A stretch of DNA of 64,000 nucleotides from Minisyncoccota bacterium. Its GTDB lineage: Bacteria > Patescibacteriota > JACMRA01. Below the pieces are notes generated by a model. It was not told the origin of the DNA, searched no databases, and saw only the letters and a program-made list of their open reading frames with translations. Position 1 is the first letter of the stretch, and each line of letters starts with the position of its first letter. The translations under genes were made by a program, and so were the position numbers. Shown here piece by piece: positions 62,956 through 64,000 of this stretch. Location of the stretch: contig JAYVFR010000021.1 in the NCBI GenBank assembly GCA_043772945.1, positions 5,900-69,899 of the forward strand, in the 5' to 3' direction.

Positions 62956-62965
62956 AAGTACATAT

Positions 62966-63298
62966 ATGACTACTAGCACAGACTCTTCCAAAAAATTCCC
63001 TTCATTACTGGTCATTACAGCAAACGGTTACGGTAAGCATACTTTCCTTGAGGAATATCGAATGACTAAGCGTGGTGGTAAAGGAATTAAAACTTTAAAC
63101 TTAACCAAAAAAATTGGTAACCCAGTTCTAATTCAATTAATGACTGGTGAGGAACAAACTCTAATAATTACAACTAAAAATGGAATTACAATTAATTTGA
63201 AACCTGAGGATATTCCTCAACTTGGTCGCTCAACTCAAGGAGTTAAAGTTATTAAACTTGAAACAAATGACTCGGTAATTAGTGCTGGAATTAATTAA
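62966..63298 (+). pseudogene. gyrA: DNA gyrase subunit A, extreme C-terminal fragment (last beta-pinwheel blades) as a stand-alone 110-aa ORF
   Basis: LLVITANGYGKHTFLEEYRMTKRGGKGIKTLNL...LIITTKNGITINLKPEDIPQLGRSTQGVKVIKLETNDSVISA matches GyrA-CTD blade repeats (GxGKR..Y..Q.RGGKG ... GR.TQGV). Confidence 0.75.
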
Positions 63299-63354
63299 AA
63301 AAACAACCCCAAAATATGAGGCTGTGTGGGGTGAAATCTAAAAACAAATAAGTT

Positions 63355-63894
63355 TTAGTTTTTCGGAATATTAGGAAGGCCCAAAACTATTTGCACATCA
63401 AGTGTTTTAAAATCTCCTGAATTCACATAGATAGTTTGAACATCACCAATAATTTCTAGTCTGATATCAAAAGAAAACGCGAAGCAAATAGCTCCTGTTT
63501 TAACTAAAATACCAAACTGGCCATCATCGATGACTTGCTCAACCAAAAGTCTTAGTATCCCAAAATCTGTTGTCCAGGCTTCAATTCTAAAACTAGAACT
63601 AATTTTGAATTTAGGAGGAAAAAAACTAAAACCATTGTCATAATTGTTAATACCTGGGCAAGCAATTTCAATCATAAAAAACTTACGTCTTTGATCACCA
63701 CTTGCAACTGCTTTTCCTTTTTTCCCAAAAACCCTAAAGAGTGAAGGTTTTACACGAAACTTGCCATTTAGAATATCTTCCTCTTTCATTTCATCAGTGT
63801 TAGCAATCTGAGAAAGCGAAGAAGCTATATTATATGACAACAACCAAATTTTAACATTAGAACTGTTTTCAAGTCGGCAATGAAAAAGTTTCAT
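63355..63894 (-). CDS. hypothetical protein
   Basis: About 179-aa ORF with no recognised motif. Confidence 0.4.
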   Translation of the reverse strand: MKLFHCRLENSSNVKIWLLSYNIASSLSQIANTDEMKEEDILNGKFRVKPSLFRVFGKKGKAVASGDQRRKFFMIEIACPGINNYDNGFSFFPPKFKISSSFRIEAWTTDFGILRLLVEQVIDDGQFGILVKTGAICFAFSFDIRLEIIGDVQTIYVNSGDFKTLDVQIVLGLPNIPKN

Positions 63895-64000
63895 CAATCA
63901 AACTCCAAAAATAATCACAAAAGGGCTTTCTAATTACAAATACAATATATTAGTTTTGACAAGAGAGTGTTTATTTTTCAGCTTTTTTATATTAATCTGG

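Overview
AT-rich (about one-third G+C by eye), gene-dense bacterial segment read with the standard code (TAA is the usual stop, TGA is rare). The gene content suggests a small-genome, possibly epibiotic bacterium such as Patescibacteria/CPR. That assignment is an inference, because no rRNA lies in the window. Confident housekeeping calls: ftsK 3' end, mutM, nrdB-nrdA, ssb, bcp, cca, gpx, ychF, pepA, an FKBP PPIase, murT, tRNA-Arg(GCG), xseA, a double-length ThyX-like protein and a PGRP-type amidase. Five things stand out. (1) A short dispersed repeat (core GGTTATAC[AT/GA]AG[T/C]TT, up to 29 bp) occurs at least 10 times between 52.4 and 61.2 kb. Copies lie on both strands, in intergenic DNA and in frame inside two CDSs. 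One copy is a perfect 9-6-9 palindrome with lox/dif-like architecture, at the spot where a PriA-derived ORF has lost its Walker A motif. Another copy sits exactly where an ATPase gene remnant breaks off. (2) A 1.47 kb stretch (54240-55711) has no ORF of 60 aa or more and is full of these repeats, tandem duplications and gene debris. (3) There are many stand-alone fragments of normally essential or repair genes: uvrC N-half, uvrD N-half, pheT N-terminus, dnaE C-terminus, gyrA C-terminus and a catalytically dead priA relic. (4) Two decayed defence loci are present. One is a DUF1016 / methylase / hsdS graveyard around an intact GmrSD-type gene. The other is a multiply frameshifted HpaII-like R-M pair. 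(5) Two envelope or DNA-transfer-like modules are present: a 996-aa M23 peptidase protein with membrane partners, and a bPH-protein plus soluble T4CP-like ATPase operon. A translationally coupled RlaP-like nucleotidyltransferase + CCA-enzyme pair is also present. No CRISPR array, rRNA, transposase, integrase or reverse transcriptase was recognised. All family assignments come from motif reading by eye. No database search was possible.
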